From Selaginella moellendorffii (Eukaryota; Plantae; Lycopodiophyta), in assembly GCF_000143415.4 (NCBI RefSeq), contig NW_003314305.1:1566750-1630749 (forward strand): 64,000 bases of DNA, given 5' to 3'. The position numbers and the translations under genes are program-made. Below are positions 50,901 to 64,000 of this stretch, piece after piece. Numbering within the stretch: position 1 is the first letter of the stretch; each line of letters begins with the position of its first letter. A model generated the notes under the pieces. It ran no database searches and was not told where the DNA came from. It worked only from the letters and a program-made list of their open reading frames with translations.

Positions 50901-52177
50901 ATGGGGATTAAAAGAAGCTTGTGGGTTTCGTCAGGGTTCAGAGGGAGTGTTCTTATCATCAGTTCCACGAAGCTATTATTTCAGACGAGATTGAGGGTCT
51001 TGTTAAGAGTGATTTTGTCTTCTTGGGTGCCCTTTCCCTTGCAATGACATGTAGGCAGGAGAGATATCCGCTTTTTGGAGCTGAAGTTTTAGTTGGTGTG
51101 CTTAATCTTGCAGTAGTAGAACCAATTAAAGAGGGGCAATCTTCAGCAGCAACCAGTGAAGCTCATGAAGAAGATCCAATTAGATTTTTACCTGGTTTGA
51201 ATTCCAAACTTGCTTCAGCTAGAGAGATACATGACTAGAAGAGATCATTCAAGCAGAATGAGAGAAAGTTGAGAGCAAAAGGGAGGAAAGACAAGTTTGA
51301 ATTGTTTTCATATGACCAGGATGGATGCGCTCACTTCAAAATCATGTGTCAGGAGTGTGGAATTGTTTATGGAGGAGGCCTGAAAGACACCTGTTACAAT
51401 TTCGTTTCAAAGCACTGCAGTGGAGTTAGGCATGAAGCAAACTACATGAAAAATCAGTTGCAGCGGGAGAAAAATGATCAGGAAAAAGCTGACACGGAAA
51501 GTCCTATTGAGGGTGCTTATGAAGGTGCTGAACTTGCTAGTCATGAGGAAATAAAAAATGAAGTGGAGAAGCTGATGAATGGAACTGTGGAAAGGTTTTG
51601 CGATGAGAACAACGTTTGCTTCACTCTCTACGAACCAAGTGTAGGAAATTTTGAGAGGAGGAACAACATTCAAGTTTGCTGCAAGCATTGTGAGAAGACA
51701 TTAATGCTTTTTCCTCCTGCCGGGAGTCTCTTGAACAATCTGATGGTTCACATTTCTGGGAATAAGCACAAGAATGCTGGACTGGAGGTCGGCCAAAGGA
51801 AACCTCCTTAGCTATTTCACACGAGGTAAGAAATTGCATTCCAGTTTTTGTAAAGTTAATAATGTGTGTTGTTTAAATTTTTTTCAGGAAAAGGAGTCTC
51901 ATCAAGCAGTTCTTCTCAGAACTTCATAGCATCTCCAAATGAGTCTTCAAGTAAGTAGCATTTCATATGCTTTACATAGTGTGATTTCTTGTATAGTATA
52001 ATCTGTTGTATATTGATAGGAATTGAAAGACTTTGCTTTGGATACTAGCAAAACGATTACAAATATGGCTTGAGTTTTGTGAATGTTCATCCTCTTCTCC
52101 AAGATGTAAAAGAGGGAGGTCATTGGTTCTGTGATCCAAACTTCAAAGTAGCAGCAGATGGTGTTGTTGTCAACGGA
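50901..52177 (+). pseudogene. N-terminal part of the transposase with two C2H2/BED-like zinc fingers
   Basis: CQECG..HCSGVRH and CKHCE..NNLMVHISGNKH. In-frame stop at ~51236, GT-AG introns, and truncation by the LTR at 52178. Confidence 0.6.
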
Positions 52178-55100
52178 TGTAGCGCATGTGGTTTTTACCC
52201 TTATCCTATGGTGCTTTACCATAGGATAACACCACGAAGCGGAACTTAAACCCTTTTTGTGCCACGTGACAGATGCCATGTGTCACATGACACGTGTTCA
52301 TAGGATAGTGGTGTGGAACCCGAGGTTCAGGGCCTTGAGCCACTGAACGAAAGAGCGGTACCAAACTCCCAAGCATGGAGCCAAGGAGCAATAACACTGG
52401 ACCACGGAGCAACTTCTGAGCATGCAGCCCAAGGAGCGAAGGGGCAGGAGCTCGGAGCGACTTGGAACAATCCTGGAGCAACCAGTATCCCAATGCCAGG
52501 ACCAGCACATAAAACGGAGCCAAATGGTGTCTGGCGCTATTTCGGCATACCGGTGGCCTAATGTGAGGATATGGATACCCCACCAACTAGCATGGTATGG
52601 AACTTAGGCTTAGACCCAAGCTGGATGTAGAACAAGGACAGGCACGCAAGCGGGAGCTAGACTATGCCTCAGGTTGGTCAGCCATGCTCGACTTATCCAC
52701 TATCCCTACTATACATTTGGAACCCCCCATCTCTACATTCCTGTAGCGCACATGGTTTTGACCCTTTATCCTATGGTGATTTACCATAGGATAACACCAC
52801 GAAGCGGAACCTAAACCCTTCATATGCCACGTGTCTAAAGGAACGTGGTGTGGAACCTGAGTTTCAGGGCCTTAGGCCACTGAACGAAGGAATGGTGCCA
52901 AACTCCCAAGCATAGAGCCAAGGAGTGACGGAACCGAACCACGGAGTAACTCCCGAGCGTACAGCCCAAAGAGCGAAGGGATAGGAGCCCGGAGCGACTT
53001 GGAACAATTCTAGAGTAACCAGCATCCTAATGCCAGGACTAGCATGCAAAATGGAGATAAACGGAGTCTGATGCTATTTTGGCATACTAGTGGCCTAACG
53101 TGAGGATATGGGTACTCCACCAGCTAGCATGGAATGGAACTTGGGCTTAGACCCAAACCAGACGTAGAACAAGGACAGGCATGCAAGAAGAAGCTAGACT
53201 ATGCCTCAAGTTAGTCGGCCATGCCCGACCTACCCACTATCCCTATTAGTGGACGAACACCATTGTGTTCAGGCCAATCTCTACATTCTGTAGATATGCC
53301 AAATGAGCAAATCTAGACACTTTCTATAAATAGTATTTGGGACCAGAATGAAACTAACACCAAGGGCATGATAGCAAGGGTGTTTGGCAGACATGGTAAG
53401 CTATCATCCAGCGACATTGAGGGACTAATCTCAATACGCGAGGGTTCTTGTCACTAGCCAGTGCAAGACATAATGAGACGGGAACTCCTTACCGGGCTAA
53501 GTATGCTTAGCTAATAATATGTAGGAATTCCGTCCATATGCTCGTCCGGTCTAAGTACATTTGAAATGCCCAGTTAACTCCACTAGCACAAAAGGGACTG
53601 ATAAAGGGTCCAGCAATATTGACCTCCTACCGTCATATTCGTGACACTCTCCCCCCCTAGGGAAGATCGACGTCCTCGTCGATGCATACTCCAGTCTAGA
53701 ATACCGCCAAGGAAACAACTTCTGAAAAATTTCACGGTACTCACACTATGTGAGAAATGCACCAACTTAAATGAGTTAGGAGGCAACCTCTTTGTTTAAC
53801 GCAGATGCGCTACCAGCTCAGACACCTTCCGGCCGTCGCTGACAAAGAACTGGGTGTCACCCAGCTACAAAAGTGTGATATACCCCTACCCACAAGGACA
53901 TAGAGAGAGAAGCCAGAGGCCCCAACCCTCCTGAGCAAAGAAACTAAACCCGTCTGTAAGGTTTAGATAGACTACTGTAAACAGGCAGGTAGAGTTGTTT
54001 ACACGATCATGCCCTTTGAACAGAATAAGGAACATTGATAGAGAGGCAGGTGATATGACCAGTCGACAGTAGCTACCCCATGACTAGAGATTTCACCATG
54101 CACACGAAGTGCCGAAGCCAGTCTGGCTACACTGGCCCAACTCAAAGATCAATATATGGACTATATCAAAGTCATAGACAATGATATCTTAGAGATTAAG
54201 TATCAGTGAATAAAGCTTAGATTAGAACACAAAAGTATTCTAAGGAAGTTATCATCTGATAAACAAGTATTACAATATAGGAACCACCAAGATCACTATC
54301 ATTGGAAAACATAGGAGTCACCATCCAACAAAATTCAATAGCAAGTATATCATCAAGTAAACTCAATGAGAAAACTAACTACCGAAGATTGTAGACAATA
54401 TACTAAACAACTTACCAAAGATAACTCAAAGAACACAAAGTATCATTAACTGGCAAGCAAGAGACTCGCGAATGTATCACCCAAAGGAAATAACATCTTA
54501 ATCTATCAAGACTAACTTGAGCAACAATCAACAAAACAGAATGAATGTGGTAATACTAACAAACACTTAGTCATGCCAACCATTGCACAAGCCAATCTGA
54601 ATAGATTTCAGTCAATAATACAAAGGAAATCACATTGCTTAAGCAAGTGTTAGCAACATTCTAATTGATGTCTCAAACCTAAGAGACCAATCCAGAGCAA
54701 ACCACAAAGAACATGTGGTAATGCGAAAAGCCAAAAACCATCAAAGAGAACAACTAACCATTATGAAAGATCATCAACCATCCCATCAATAAAGAGATGA
54801 ATAATCATCATTGAAGAAAAAATCTACCATCCCGAAGAACGGCAACTTAGTCTATATCAACAATAATCAAGCAAAACCTTTTGATAAAGATAATCAACTA
54901 TTCTAGATGATAGTCAATCATCACCAATGATTGCTAGATGTAAATATTAACTTCAACATCGAAACTAACATGCCAAAATGCCTTCCCTAACAACTTCTAA
55001 CAAATGGAATAATGAGCATAAAACTCAAAGAACCAAAAGCTCGAAGAAGCCTATAGCCAAGTCTTGCCCAATAATGATCACAAGTCTTATAGAAGCTAAC

Positions 55101-58100
55101 TTCAATATTAAAAAAGAAATCATGACACAATCCATAATATCCTCCTCAACACATCCATAAGCAAAACTTCATGATGCAAAGCTAATGAAGAGCATATCTG
55201 CATCAATCCAAAAGCTAAGCATAACGAAGCTATGCTTAACAAGTGATCATTAAACGATCCTTCATGAATCCATCTATAGCAAAACGTAACACACATCGTA
55301 ATAAACACAAAAGGAATCATCAATGATTAATATATTTCAACTCAAATCCAATAAGGATTCAAACATTCTAATATCGATCACTAACTCTTCCTTTTGTAAA
55401 GCTAGCATAGTCCATGACTGAATCATTTTTCAAGAAAAATCCAAAGTTCAACCTTTACTAAACAATCTCGTCTAGAACACACTAACTCAAACTTGCCACT
55501 CAGCTCATTTGAACGTCAATACAGTAGCTAACTAACAAAATGCAGGAATGCCAACAACACAAAGCTACAACCAAATCATCAATACCATCTCCATCTCGAC
55601 TAATGAAAATCAATATCAATCCTATAAAGAGATACCTCATTTCACTCAAATCTCAACATTAACAATGTTAATGACAAAACATCACTTTAATGCTATCAAC
55701 ACCAGGACAAAGCTAAAAGAAAGCAAGAGTGAATCACCACCCAAAACTCTTTAGCAACCAAGCTAACCAAAGTCGAAGATACTTTAGTCAATATCTAAGA
55801 TCAGTTCTCCAACAATACCCAGTTATAGATAACACATCATCAAGGAGTGATTCACCACATCCAAGACTTAATGAAATCCAACACCACGGACTAAACGTAT
55901 CCAAATGATATTGACAAAGGTAGAGTCAACATGCCAACATAAAAAACCCATGTAAGTTTAACAACACGATCCTCCGCAGCACCATCCGGTAAAGCAAGCC
56001 CATCATGGCTATAATCATCATCGAATGAAGCAAGTGTCAAACAGTCCTCGACAAAGTCTATAAGCAATCACTAGTTGCCAAGCAACCGACAATCACTCTT
56101 TCAACTTGCCTTCACAAAACCCAAACACTAACTCTTGTCATCAAGTTATATATTTGTCCAACATGAATATGATACCACAAGTATGAGATAAAAGTTCATA
56201 CACAAGCACAAACTAAATGACCACTCGAATCCAACTCAACCGCAATAAGTTCACTAATGCATTTAGCCAATAGCTTTGAGCATGCCTTGAAGAGGCTAGC
56301 TATGCATGATTAACACTTAGTTGAAACTAAAGTGAAGACCATGAGATGGACTCATATCGGTACACAACCTCCTCACAAACAAAGCTATAGTACGGGTACC
56401 AACATCTCAAACTTAAACAACTAAGTTGGATATCACCATCCTCAGCCAAGGCGCAGCGCTACCAAGACTAAGTCAAGATCAGTGAGAGCTCACTACCCTC
56501 ATAAAGTCTAACAAAATGCAAGGTGTAAATTGCCACCAAGCATAATGCTACAGAAAGGCATAAGGGTCACCTTTCTTAGAAAAGCGCAACAGCCACTTTT
56601 CTACATCAACTCCAGACTCTATCCAACTCAATTGCCTTAGCCCTAAAAGTTAGTATCCCTTTTAGGTTGCATCTTACAAACTATCTACTAAAGTTTAAGC
56701 CAACCAAAGTTAACTCTAACCTCTTCACTAGTTTGTATTGGCTTACGAAAACGGAAAGGTTTTTGAGCAAAGTAATCAACAGATCAGCCATTGGAAAAGC
56801 CTAAGAAAATTTGTGGAAAATTTTCCATCTTAGAGAAAAAATGACTCTCAATTCAGAAATGCAAACTTTCAAGACTCAATCAACTTCCTCTTACCTACTA
56901 CTTCACATAGGTTCACCTCAACACAAATTCTTATGATCCATCAATAGTATGCTTAAGCATTGAACATCTTTTGCCCATTTTTCCGATATCCAACATCGAT
57001 ATCCACAAAATGCGAATGAAACATCCAAGGCTTAATCACGAAGACTATATCTTCAGATATTCATATTGCACTAACACTCTTCTTCAATCATTCTCAAGAT
57101 CAATGTGAAGCCAAAACACTAACACGAAAAATGCCATAGAAAATAAAACTCTAAGGGAAATTCTCATCACTTGAAATAACAATGCCACTTCCACTAACAC
57201 AAGTGTTAGCGATATCAATGCCTCAACTACACACCTTCTCCATCCAACAATTTACTCCAAGTGTTAACGGATAAACTAACAAGCTATAGCAAGTGAATGC
57301 TATAACTCTTTCCAACACTTTATGGGCAAACCCTTAAGAAAATAAAAAACAAACTTAAATTTAGCATAATGGACCACCTTCAAGAATTCAGTTAAAGCTA
57401 CTACAATGCTACTACTTGCAAGTAGACTAGCTTCTCCACCAACCACTTTGGGGTTGATTATCATTTTACCAAGTAACTTTGTACACATATTGCTCATTAT
57501 CACATGGATATGATATAAGTAGCACAATGACTTAATCATTAATTGAGTAACACCATGAGCAATGCCCATGTCACTACTACAAAGGTTTACAAAAACAAGT
57601 ATCAAATGTCAAGTCGATTCGACAAAATGCAATATAAATGCCACACCCCACCGATAGAAACTACAACACCCAACACCACTAACTTTTGTTCACAACACGG
57701 ATAAGCTCATGCCACTCTCTTTCCAACAAATCTCAAAACTAATCCAACACCAAGCTATTCAAGGAGCAATAACAAGGTTCTTCAGAAAAGAATTGAGCAT
57801 TGTAACCCAAGCCTTCTAATAGCAAGCCTAGACAAAATGGTTTAGCATTTCACCGCTATCCATCCTATAACTCACCATTTGTAAGATTATCATTTCCAAC
57901 ATACATTAAGGTAGGGACTTTTGATTGCATGATGTGAACACAAGTAATGAGTTAACACCTCGTTGCAAATCATCTCTCCAAGAAAAAATGATTTACGTGT
58001 TTGATCCTTCATCCCTGATGACTCTTTTTTCGGTTTCATCTTTGACCAAACCTCAAGTTTGTGTTCGCACTGCCTTCAGTCTAATCCAAGAAAAGTTTAT

Positions 58101-60157
58101 GAGAGAGCACAACAATGACTACTTGAATCAATAGACTAATCCTTACAGTCTTGATTGATCCACTTCTATTTATGCCTAGGAAGGATCCACTAGTGCCGTG
58201 CTAAATAGCTAGGGACCAGCCTATTTGCCACTCATAGTAAACCTAGGGAAGGTTTACTTCTACTTATGGTACATGGAACAACTCATGGAACCATCGATAG
58301 GTTAACATTAATCCTGCCAACTCAAAGTGTAACCTTGAGTTGCTAATGTGCCTCACCTATAAGCCCAAGCGTAAACTCGTATACAACAGTACACCTCAAA
58401 TCCATCCTATGAACCCAAGAGCAAGCTCACATCATAAGGTACAACAAGGTAACTAAATCCATACCCAAGGGACAATAACTTTAACAATGTCGTTATCACA
58501 GTCAGAAAGAGCTTTTGGAAAATAAGAATATAACTCATGCGAAGTCTTTGCACCAAAACATATACCCACTCGGATCATTATTTTCATCTCTGCGTATGCA
58601 ACAAGACTAGTTGCCCAATCTCATTGGATAGAACTCGCCGAGACTCATTCTCTGATACCAAATGTAGCGCACGTGGTTTTGACCCTTTATCCTATGGTGA
58701 TTTACCATAAAATAACACCACGAAGTGGAACCTAAACCGTTCATGTGCCACGTGACAGATGCTACATGTCACATGCCACGTGTCCAAAGGAACGTGGTGT
58801 GGAACCCGAGTTTCAGGGCCTTGAGCCACTAAACGAAGGAACGGTGCCAAACTCCCAAGCATAGAGCCAAGGAGTGACGGAACCAAACCACGGAGCAACT
58901 CCCGAGCGTATAGCCCAAGGAGTGAAGGGACAGGAGCCTAAAGTGACTTGGAACAGTCCTAGAGTAACCAGCATCCCAATGCCAAGACCAGCATGCAAAA
59001 TGGAGCTAAATGGAGTCTGACGCTATTTCGGCATATTGGTGGCCTAACGTGAGGATGTGGGTGCTCCACCAGCTAGCATGGAATGGAACTTGGGCTTAGA
59101 CCCAAGCCGGATGCAGAACAAGGACAGGCACGCAAGTAGAAGCTAGACTATGCCTCAAGTTGGTCGGCCATGCCCAACCTACCCACTATCCCTACTATAC
59201 ATTTGGAACCCCCCACAGCCCCCCCGTTGAGGAACACACGCTTTGGGCTTTCACCCCAAGCCTCCCTTAGTATCAAGAGTTAGTGTCTGGGACAAGCTTG
59301 AAACTTACTAAATATGGAATGGCGCTAGAATGCGAATTTGGACACGGGACGAACACCATTGTGTTCAAGCCAATCTCTACATTCCGTAAATATGCCAAAT
59401 GAGCAAATCTAGACACTTTCCATAAATAGCATTTGGGACCGGAATGAAACTAACACCAAGGGCATGATAGCAAGGGTGTTTGGTAGACACGATAAGCTAT
59501 CATCCAGCGACATTGAGAGACTAATCTCAATACGCAAAGGTTCTTGTCACTAGCCAGTGCAAGACATAATGAGACGGGAACTCCTTACCGGGCTAAGTAT
59601 GCTTAGCTAATAACATGTAGGAATTCCGTCCTTATGCTTGTCCGGTCTAAATACACTTGAAATGCCCAATTAACTCCACTAGCACAAGAGGGACTGATAA
59701 AGGGTCCAACAATACTGACCTCCTGCTGTCGTGGCAATAAAGTAAGATTATCTGTAAGGACTGGTCGACAGGTAACTTTCGATACCTGAAGTCACATTCA
59801 CGACAATTCCGTAGATATGCCAAATGGGTGTTTGGCAGACACGGTAAGCTATCATCCAGGAATATTGAGGGACTAGTCTCAATACGCGAGGGTTCTTATC
59901 AAGCCAGTGTAAGACAGAGCAAAAGAGAACTAAAAAGCTAGGCCAAGTATGTTTGGTTGAATAGACACTTAGGAATTCCATCCTTATGCTCATCCAGCTA
60001 AGTACAGATGCAAAGTCCAATTTACTAACACTTGAACAAAAGGGATTAATAAAGGGTCTAGCAATACCGACCTCCTACCATCGTGGCAGTAAGGTAAAAG
60101 TGTCCGTAAGGACTGGCCGACAGGTAACTTTTGATACCCGAAGTCACATTCGCGACA
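52178..60157 (-). mobile_element. Solo LTR (52178-52741 + 59811-60157) split by a nested element
   Basis: Ends are TGTAGCGC...CGCGACA, flanked by TSD ACGGA/ATGGA (1 mismatch). The two halves rejoin as CTCTACATTCC|GTAGATATGCC, as in the intact LTR copies. Confidence 0.88.
52742..59805 (-). mobile_element. LTR retroelement (LTRs 52742-53646 and 58663-59805) with no recognisable coding capacity
   Basis: 5-bp TSD ATTCC at 52737-52741 and 59806-59810. PBS TGGTATCAGAG (tRNA-iMet type, reverse complement at 58650-58660) and PPT (reverse complement of CTCTCCCCCCCT at 53647). The 5-kb interior has no ORF above ~100 aa. Confidence 0.92.
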
Positions 60158-60162
60158 ATGGA

Positions 60163-63088
60163 ACATTCAAATCAAAATAGTGTCTAAGAGTGACAAACAA
60201 CATCTATGGATTCAAGAACAAGCAGTGCAAGCTTTGTATGACAATACCAACTTGTAGTGATTTCAAAGGACGTGCTTTATGGGAAAGCAAAGCAACAATA
60301 CCACAAGGACAAAGATTGAAGAAGCGTGGAATGAGACTTGACTACATGACTACAGATGAGCACATAGATAGCAGCAGGCTAGTGCAAGCAAAGAATAGAA
60401 GGCTGGCATTGGAACTATCGACCACAAGATGCAGGATAACAGCTCTTTCAGTTCATTGCCGGAGCTTAAAAGAAACTTTGAAGGAAAGTGCCATTCATAA
60501 GGATATCAGAAAATTTAGCTCTGATCTCAAACAATCTTGGCAACAAGGCAAATTCGAGGGCAAGGAGATGGTTCTTCACGTGATGTAAGATTTGTTGCAG
60601 GGAATAACTAGGAAAAAACAAGGAATGAGGTATTTTTTTATTTATTCAAAGTTTTTTCCTTACACTCTTAACAGGTACCATGAAACCACGAAATGGATTT
60701 TGTGAGTAACAAAAATGTGGGGGGGGGAGCAGGCTTAACAACTTCCTTCACTTGAACCTTGGATTGCCAAGTTTGTCGACAACATGAGAACAAACTTTAG
60801 ATACACAATAGGTTTGCAATCTGAGATATTTTTTAACCTTTCTAAGGTTTACAAGTTCAAGATGGAGAGTTTACAGCTCAAGTTAGGGAATGTGCCTGTT
60901 TTGATTGCAGAAGACGAAATAGTTATTAAAAGGATGATCAGATGGATTGCTCATGATGATGCTTTGCTTGGGTTTTGTGGAAAGAAGGGGGAAGGTCACA
61001 AGTGTGTGAACAGTTTTATCGTGAAGGTTGGGAATGGAGAAGCAGGTTATGAACAGATCACTCAGGATTTTCTGGACAACGAAAAAGCTCACTATGCACA
61101 AGTGTTGATGGTTAATCCATTGCACAAACAGTTGCCATGCTTAGTTCTCTCTATTCAGCTTACTTGCAATCGGTTTACAGCTTCAGATGTTCAACAACAA
61201 TGGAACTCGATCCATCAATTATGGGGACAGCACCTTCATAATGTTGTTGGCCCCTTGATTGGCCATTCATTGGATGGAGACCAGAGAAGGCGTAAACTAA
61301 TGCTTGAAGAGATAAATTTGGGGGATACAACAACAGGAACTTACTCTATACCTTGGTCAGGGTGGCTATTCTCTGGAAAGTGGAACTCAACAAGGAACCT
61401 TTTGATACATGATCAAGACATGTGCATAATGGGAAGAAGCTGATCAATCCATTGCATAGTGCAATAAGACAATTGTTTTTGGGGGATGAGTTTGTGCATT
61501 TGAATGACATTTGGGAAGTTTTCGAAAACTTTCATGGTAAACACAGACTGCAACTCGGGGATGTCATGCGCTCTGATAGACAAAACTGGGGTGCTGCTCA
61601 ACGACTTTGTAGCAGGCCAGTGCAAGTTTGTCTTTCGAATATGTGAGAAACAACATACAAAAGACCTTCACGTACATTGGGAACTGAAACTTATCTTGCT
61701 GTGGTGGCATCATATATTGATATCTTTTTGCACCCGTACTTGAGCCTTGGAGAGCGAGTGAGAGCTGCATCAAAGGTGTCCTTCTTCTTTTGTTTATGGA
61801 GGTTGTGGATTCTGAAAGAAAGCAAGTGGAACCTGAAACACAACTTCATCAGCAAGGAAACCTTCTTGGACATTCAATTATCATGTCACTTTGTCATCCT
61901 TCTAATTAGGTATGTTTCATATATATTTTTCTTTTGTTAATTTTTCTTTTGAGATAGATATTTCCGGGATCACCATTCATATTTGCCAGTCCCAATTAAT
62001 AGAACCAGTTCTGATATTTGCGAGAACTTTTTCTCCAAAATAGGAGGAATGATTGGGAATGAACGGTGTTATGACAGAGCTGACGTTGTTCATAGTGCGA
62101 CTAGTATGAACATGCTAGCAGAATGCGAGGCAATAGGTACATTGCTTTTCTCTAAAGCTCACAAGAAACAGGAAAATATTTGGGAAAAAATAGAGCATGA
62201 TGGGAAGAGAGTAGTAGCAGACTTAGGGGATTACAGTTTGGTGGAGACAGATGCTCTGATAGTTAATGAGTTGATTCAGGGTAAAGCCAAAGCACAAGAA
62301 CTTCTTCATGGCCTTGGCATATCTAGAAGAGATTGGTGGGATAAACCTGAAGACTTTGAGGATTTTCACAAGGTTTTAGAAAATTCCGGAGAGCATGATA
62401 TAGTAAATCAGTTTGAAGAGGAACATATAGTAGGAGAAGAAGCTACTGAAGAAGCTCCTGAAGTAGCAAGTGAACTGAGGCATACTTTTGATGCTGTTCT
62501 GGATCATATTGAAGATTCTGAGTCATTAAAAGTGGAAGCAACAGTTTTAATTGACAGGAAGAAAATCTGCAAGTCGACCATTGTTTCTCAGCTAAATGGA
62601 AATCCATTTCTCTCCAAAGACCGGCTTACACGGGTGAAGAATAACTTGACAATTTATGAACCAGTAAGAAATCTCAGTGCACAAACAGCTCTTGGTGTTG
62701 GAGTGGTTGTGCATTGTGGTTTGAAGAACAGGAAGGAAGTCATTTGAAGTTTGTTTGGTATGTTAGTCGAATTTTTTCCATGAGGAAAAAAGTGAACAAT
62801 ACCTAGAGGGACACAAGGGAAGTGATTGAATTAACCAATCTTCCAATTGATTCTGCTGATTTTCAAATGAACCTATGCTACTACAGGGAATGTGATGCTT
62901 CTGAAGCTGATGACAAAGGGAATTCATGGTGTACATACAACCTTCCTGATAATATGCTAGTGGAACTGACAAATTTGATTGCTCCAGAAGTTGAGAGATA
63001 TTTGCTTCCACAACATGATAGAGAAGTTTTTGATAATTTCATCAAAGATAAAAGCAGGAATATCAATTGTCGTAGAAGGGTGAAATAA
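60163..63088 (+). pseudogene. Catalytic part of the P-element-like transposase (frameshift ~61425, several stops, short introns)
   Basis: VLIAEDE, LLGFCG, GHSLDGD, DQD..HNGKKLIN, DRQNWGAA, LWRLWI..NFISKETF and RTSSDICENFFSKIGG, followed by an acidic region. Confidence 0.8.
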
Positions 63089-64000
63089 TTTTTTTTATTA
63101 ATGAAAAAATATATATGCTTTATGCAAAAATAACCAGAATATTCCACATATATATAAGAATTGGGGGTTTATTTAAGATTTGAAAAAATGCGTATATGTA
63201 AGGGTATGAACAACAAAAAATGTATACTAGGCCCCCTATTCTAAACTTCTAGAATGCAGATGATATATAATGCTTATAAAGAGTGACCACCCCGAGCCTA
63301 ACTTCTATATTTATTATGATAATAAATGAATTTTAAACTTATATTTAAATATAATTCAAACTTTAAGTACATCATATCTATTAATACTGCAATCTAAGTG
63401 ATTAAATATAAATTCTCCATAAACTTTTCACTAAAAAAATCGAGAATAGTCTAATGAATATTCTTACCCTACTAGTCTGCCAAGTTGCTAGTGGTGCTTG
63501 CTGGACTGAGTGCTGCTGGATTGACATAGCACGAGAACCCTTCCATGCAACGCTTCCACCAAAGCCTTTGATGTGTGAGGGAAGCACCTCGGACATTATG
63601 ATCCAGGGAATAGGCTCCCACTGCAGTAGATTGTGGTGGACACACCACCACCCACCAGTGCCAAGAACCTCCACTACAACACCACCACCCACCATAGAAC
63701 TCCCACACACTCCACTGGCTGGATGGACAGTGCTGGATTGTGGTGGAAACACCACCACCCACCACCGCCAAGAACCCCCACTGCCAACACTGCCACCTAG
63801 CACTGCTGGAGACACTGCCACACATGCCCACTAGCTGAACAGACAGCACTAGATCGCGGTGCCACCCATCACCGCAGGCTGCTGGATTTCCTTGCTACTG
63901 CACTGGATCACTGTGTGCCCCACACTCCTACACTGCCACTGAAAGAAAGGAACCACTGGATAGATATTTATTTGGCACAATTGACTATAACGATTTTGCT

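Larger units (their letters stand above)
50658..63296 (+). mobile_element. TIR DNA transposon with P-element-like DDE transposase and 8-bp TSD
   Basis: Left TIR CTTGGGGTGGTCACTCTT at 50658 and right TIR AAGAGTGACCACCCCGAG ending at 63296. TSD CCTAACTT at 50650-50657 and 63297-63304. Internal transposase pseudogene. Confidence 0.88.

Noticed and set aside
50658-63296. Classification as hAT (also 8-bp TSD)
   Set aside because: No hAT DxWT, CxxH, TRWN or dimerisation-domain motifs were seen, and motif order fits P better. A profile search is still needed.

Overview
Compact, intron-containing land-plant nuclear DNA. Short introns, very short intergenic gaps and the gene set suggest a lycophyte such as Selaginella; this is inference only. 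The left 44 kb is gene-rich. It holds two paralogues of an unusual PHI-1/EXORDIUM-type gene (the complete one is fused to two CUB domains and a TM helix), a calmodulin-lysine methyltransferase, a decayed CRINKLY4-like kinase, an AUX1/LAX carrier, PSRP-3, a GNAT acetyltransferase head-to-head with a TDP2-like gene, a BIR-like LRR-RLK with three kinase-less ectodomain paralogues, and LAS1, plus many local inverted duplications. Two copies of a short-LTR Ty3/gypsy family sit in TA microsatellites, and the better-preserved copy has a tRNA-Ala-type PBS. The right end holds a 12.6-kb TIR element (50658-63296, 8-bp TSD) with a P-element-like transposase. It is interrupted by a solo LTR into which a full element of the same LTR family has nested. 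The most notable items are the P-like transposon in a land plant, the EXO-CUB-CUB-TM receptor-like architecture and the BIR ectodomain 'decoy' array. All homology calls are by motif recognition, and no database search was run.
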